Shown here one piece after another: positions 60,760 through 64,000 of a stretch of DNA of 64,000 bases. Made by a program: the position numbers and the translations under genes. This stretch comes from Obrimoposthia wandeli (Eukaryota): assembly GCA_977020255.1 (NCBI GenBank), contig CDROCS010004085.1:1-64000 (forward strand). The letters are read 5' to 3'. How positions within the stretch are numbered: the first letter of the stretch is position 1; each line of letters begins with the position of its first letter. Below the pieces are notes generated by a model. That model worked only from the letters and a program-made list of their open reading frames with translations, made no database searches and was not told where the DNA came from.

Positions 60760-62117
60760 TGGCTGATTCCTTAATACTGCAAATCGCACGCTGGTGCGTG
60801 GGTCTTCGGTCTGAAGATATTCCCAGTGATGTTATCGATATCGCCAAAACCGCACTGACTGATTATGTTGCCGTCACTATTGCCGGTAGCGACATGCCTG
60901 TTGCCAAAAATCTTCAACAGTTTGCCGTTCAGCGTGCGGCACAAGGCAATTGTAGTGTGTTTGGCACTGAACAAAAAAGCAACATGGCTTATGCAAGTTA
61001 TGCGAACGGGGCTGCATCTCACGCCCTTGATTTTGATGATGTGAGCTGGGCGACGATTGGCCACCCAACCGTGACCGTTGCCCCCGTGGCTTTTGCTGTG
61101 GCCGAAGAGCGAAAGTTGGATGGTGCGAGCATTTTGCGGGCTTATATTGCAGGCGTCGAGGCTCAACACCAGATAGCAAGATGGGTGATGCCACAACTGT
61201 CTGAGCAGGGCTGGCATACCACCCCGACGATTGGTGTTTTTGGATCAACTGTTGCTGCTGGGATCCTGCTTGAGCTTGACGAAGATACCTTGGCTCATGC
61301 GCTGGCTGTTGCTGCGTCGTCGGCATCCGGCGTTCGGGGAAATTTCGGTAGTCAAACCAAAGCAATGCATGCCGGACTCGCAGCATTTAACGGCATTAAT
61401 GCCGTTGAGTTGGCAATGATTGGCGTAACAGGGAAGCCCAATGTGATTGAGTCTGCAGATGGCTTCGCCCAGTGTTTTACCGGTATTACTTCGCTCGAAG
61501 GGGCTGAAGTGACATTGGGTAAATACTGGGATCTGAAAGAAAATGGTCTGGTTTTTAAACAATACCCGTGTTGTAGCGGTAGCCATCCTGCCATCGATTG
61601 TTGGGATGCCTTCTTGCAGGAAAGATCACTTAATGCTGATGACATTGAGTACTTGCAAGTTGGCGTGAGTTTACTGGGGCCGAGAGAGCTGGTGTGTAAT
61701 TGCCCGAAAAATGCCATTGAGGCTAAGTTTTCGATGCCGTATGCCCTTGCTGCTCGATTGATCTATGGCGAGGTGGGTTTGACTGAGTTTACCGATGAAG
61801 CGGTGTTGGATCTGCGTATTCAGGCGCTGATGCCGAAAATTCAGATGCGTATTGATCCCGAACTCGAAAAGCTGGGATTCATCGGTACTGCCCCTGTCAA
61901 AATCAGGGTCTACTTGAAAAATGGAGAGATGATCAGTCTCGATAATGACCTAGCGAAGGGTAACCCAGAAAAGCCCTTTTCACAGGAAGAAATATACCGG
62001 AAGTTTATGGCCTGTGTTGTCTCTAAATATGGCGAAAATCGATGCCTGCATTGGCTTACAGTATTAGCGCATTTAGAAACTGCAACGTATGAAGAACTTA
62101 ACCAACTCCTGAATTAA
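60759..62117 (+). CDS. MmgE/PrpD family protein
   Basis: NGAASHALDFDD..HP, GWH..PTIG.FG, QTKAMHAG.AA..G, FKQYPCCSGSHPAID, EAKFSMPY and KGNPE.P; start overlaps the lyase stop. Confidence 0.93.
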   Translation: MADSLILQIARWCVGLRSEDIPSDVIDIAKTALTDYVAVTIAGSDMPVAKNLQQFAVQRAAQGNCSVFGTEQKSNMAYASYANGAASHALDFDDVSWATIGHPTVTVAPVAFAVAEERKLDGASILRAYIAGVEAQHQIARWVMPQLSEQGWHTTPTIGVFGSTVAAGILLELDEDTLAHALAVAASSASGVRGNFGSQTKAMHAGLAAFNGINAVELAMIGVTGKPNVIESADGFAQCFTGITSLEGAEVTLGKYWDLKENGLVFKQYPCCSGSHPAIDCWDAFLQERSLNADDIEYLQVGVSLLGPRELVCNCPKNAIEAKFSMPYALAARLIYGEVGLTEFTDEAVLDLRIQALMPKIQMRIDPELEKLGFIGTAPVKIRVYLKNGEMISLDNDLAKGNPEKPFSQEEIYRKFMACVVSKYGENRCLHWLTVLAHLETATYEELNQLLN

Positions 62118-62132
62118 TAACGGGAGTATCCA

Positions 62133-62853
62133 ATGGTATTGTTATTAAGATTATTCTTGGAGAGGGTTGCGGGTGGTTTGGGAATGGCTTTGTAAGGCTA
62201 GCTAAGATATTCCGGTTTCGGTTATTTTGATTATTATGCCCAGCCTTACATTAGTGGTAATGGAATATTGAACGTTATCTCAATCGTTAGCTTTCGGTTT
62301 TGTTCGTATGTATTAGTCTTATGTTGTTGCTTCATTCGTGGCAAGTCGTCAGGGGTGTGAGCTGAAAGATGACCCATTGAATTATTTACGTTGAACCGAC
62401 GATAGCCAAGCTGAGATTGTCGCCTTGTTGTCCAAATACATGCCTTGAGTTCTATCATCGTTATTGTGATGCTGCTAACCAGCTTCATTATGGCAATGGT
62501 GTGTAAGGTTCGAATCAAGAAAGCGCCGATATGGTGCAGATGGTGATCTCGGTAGTTTGTTGCTTTATCGGCGTGCATATTCTAATACTGGCGGGTGATA
62601 ACCTTAGTCTTTTTTGTACATCGGCTTTGCTGTTTAGCCAAGGGGCAACCAGTGCTTTGTTAGTGCCAATTGCAGCGTCGCTGAATGTTGATCCGGCTGC
62701 AATCGGCCAGTAGCGGTGAGCGCGCTGCATACCCAACAACGGCTTTCGCTATTGCAACGGATGACACTGGCTCTTTTCTCAGAATAACCATCCGTTCTTT
62801 CTTGTGTTGCAGCTGTACCGTTCGGTTTTGTACTGGCGAATATTTTTGTTTAA
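62133..62853 (+). pseudogene. Heavily deleted anaerobic C4-dicarboxylate transporter (DcuA/DcuB family)
   Basis: RBS plus a short N-terminal relic (...GGLGMAL*), then fragments SALLFSQGATSALLVPIA, AVSAL, PTTAFAIATDDTGS, NHPFFL and FGFVLANIFV* in broken frames. Confidence 0.85.
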
Positions 62854-62979
62854 CAGATCCAAACAATGGTGTTATTGCCTTTGTAAGGCTAGTTAAGATA
62901 ATTGAACTCAGTGAACATGGAATATTGAACGCTATCTCAATCGTTAGCTTTCGGTTTTGTTCGTATGTATTAGTCTTAT
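62188..62979 (+). repeat. Bipartite direct repeat: 62188-62209 = 62879-62900 (22 bp) and 62260-62322 = 62917-62979 (63 bp)
   Basis: Each pair has only one mismatch. Confidence 0.92.
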
Positions 62980-63014
62980 CATACTTGAATTATGTTTAGG
63001 CTGAGAGTAAATAC

Positions 63015-64000
63015 ATGCTGAGTTCTATGAGTATGGCTGGCGAACGAATTAAATGGCTTAGTGTTAAGCTTTTACTAATCATAACCTTATCTTTTTCGTT
63101 TGTTGGACATGCAGAAGATCGTGATCTTCGTGCTTTTCAGCATGGCTTAGATATTCTGCCGTTACCGAATGGTCACTATGTATCAATTTGGTCTTCTGTT
63201 GTATCAGAGAAATTACAGCTAACAAATAATGATGAGGAATGGAGCCATGACGTATATATGGCTTCATTTTCTAATGTCTCTACACGACTCTCTCCTGAAT
63301 TATTAATCTCTGCGCCTGATCATACCGCTCAAGAGCCAGCGAGTTCTGCTATAAGCCGTGATGGTCATATTATGGTGACGATGGAAGATGCTTATCAGGC
63401 TAAGCATGAATTAATGCAATCTTACGCTGTGTTTGATACTCAATTTAATTCGATAGCCCCTTATCAACAAGTTGCTTTTGATGGTGGGCATTCGGGGCAT
63501 GTTGCTGCTGTTGATAATCACTTTGTTATCTTCTTTTCTGAAGGCTGGGTAGACGGTGGTGGGGTTGATGATCTTGGTTCGGGTGATGATGTATTACTGA
63601 AAACCTATAATTCAATAGGAAAAGAGCTCGCGCAGCTTTCGGTATCTGTTGGTGAAAATCATCGTGATTGGTGGCCAATGTTAGCGGGTTCTCGGCGCGT
63701 TGCACTTCTAGTCTGGCAGCGATTTATTGATGATAAAACGGATGCCCAATTAATGTATTCAGTTTATGACCCAATAAAAAATACATTGATCAAACAACCC
63801 ATAGCACTTCGCGGTGATGTTCAGTACTACACGTATGACGTGCAATTTTTACCCACTATCAATCGATTTTTAATTACAGGTACAGCAGACGATAATACGG
63901 GTTTCGCATACTTAATTGATGAGCAAGGGTTCGTTGTAAATACACTCAATACGCTACCCCCTTTTGTTCGTGAAGCGCAGCCTGCGATTATTGGTTTAAA
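63015..64000 (+). CDS. Secreted hypothetical protein, beta-rich (runs off the right edge)
   Basis: Open frame from ATG 63015 to the window end by hand translation. Signal peptide-like KWLSVKLLLIITLSFSFVGHA, followed by QHGLD, WSHDVY, QEPAS, GGHSGHVAA, SEGWVDGGGVDDLGSGDDV and RDWWP. Confidence 0.8.
   Translation, partial: MLSSMSMAGERIKWLSVKLLLIITLSFSFVGHAEDRDLRAFQHGLDILPLPNGHYVSIWSSVVSEKLQLTNNDEEWSHDVYMASFSNVSTRLSPELLISAPDHTAQEPASSAISRDGHIMVTMEDAYQAKHELMQSYAVFDTQFNSIAPYQQVAFDGGHSGHVAAVDNHFVIFFSEGWVDGGGVDDLGSGDDVLLKTYNSIGKELAQLSVSVGENHRDWWPMLAGSRRVALLVWQRFIDDKTDAQLMYSVYDPIKNTLIKQPIALRGDVQYYTYDVQFLPTINRFLITGTADDNTGFAYLIDEQGFVVNTLNTLPPFVREAQPAIIGL

Noticed and set aside
62246-62578. 110-aa minus-strand ORF in the dcu relic
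   Set aside because: It spans duplicated and rearranged pieces with no start context; treated as debris.

Overview
This window looks like Vibrionaceae DNA, most likely a Photobacterium/Vibrio second chromosome. That is inferred from AphA, TorR/TorS-like proteins, lamB-malM, ERIC-like repeats and a Vibrio T6SS2-type cluster. From left to right it holds: (1) lamB-malM and a histone-deacetylase-family gene; (2) an AraC regulator and its usual EamA partner, separated by an exonuclease pseudogene and a hotdog-fold gene, with several ERIC/MITE-like repeats nearby; (3) a TorR-like regulator, a hybrid kinase, an aphA-like gene and an MCP; (4) a DauB-like dehydrogenase, a PLP aminotransferase and a DauR-like regulator; (5) a patch of decayed genes, then cspA; (6) a complete ~28 kb type VI secretion cluster (20.5-48.7 kb) with an embedded ATP-grasp/MFS/binding-protein module, followed by two unexplained ORFs that may be effectors; (7) a second MCP, GFA and Gsp-synthetase-like genes, a lipoprotein and a TetR-controlled metallo-beta-lactamase-fold lipoprotein; (8) a LysR-controlled aspartase-family lyase plus an MmgE/PrpD gene and a wrecked Dcu transporter; (9) a secreted protein that runs off the window. 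The most striking observation is that the hybrid kinase (8321-11428) is a visible chimera. Its first ~460 codons are a diverged copy of the neighbouring chemoreceptor's sensing half, trimmed by two in-frame microhomology deletions and joined to a TorS-like transmitter. Family assignments come from motifs recognised by eye and recalled homologs; no searches were run.
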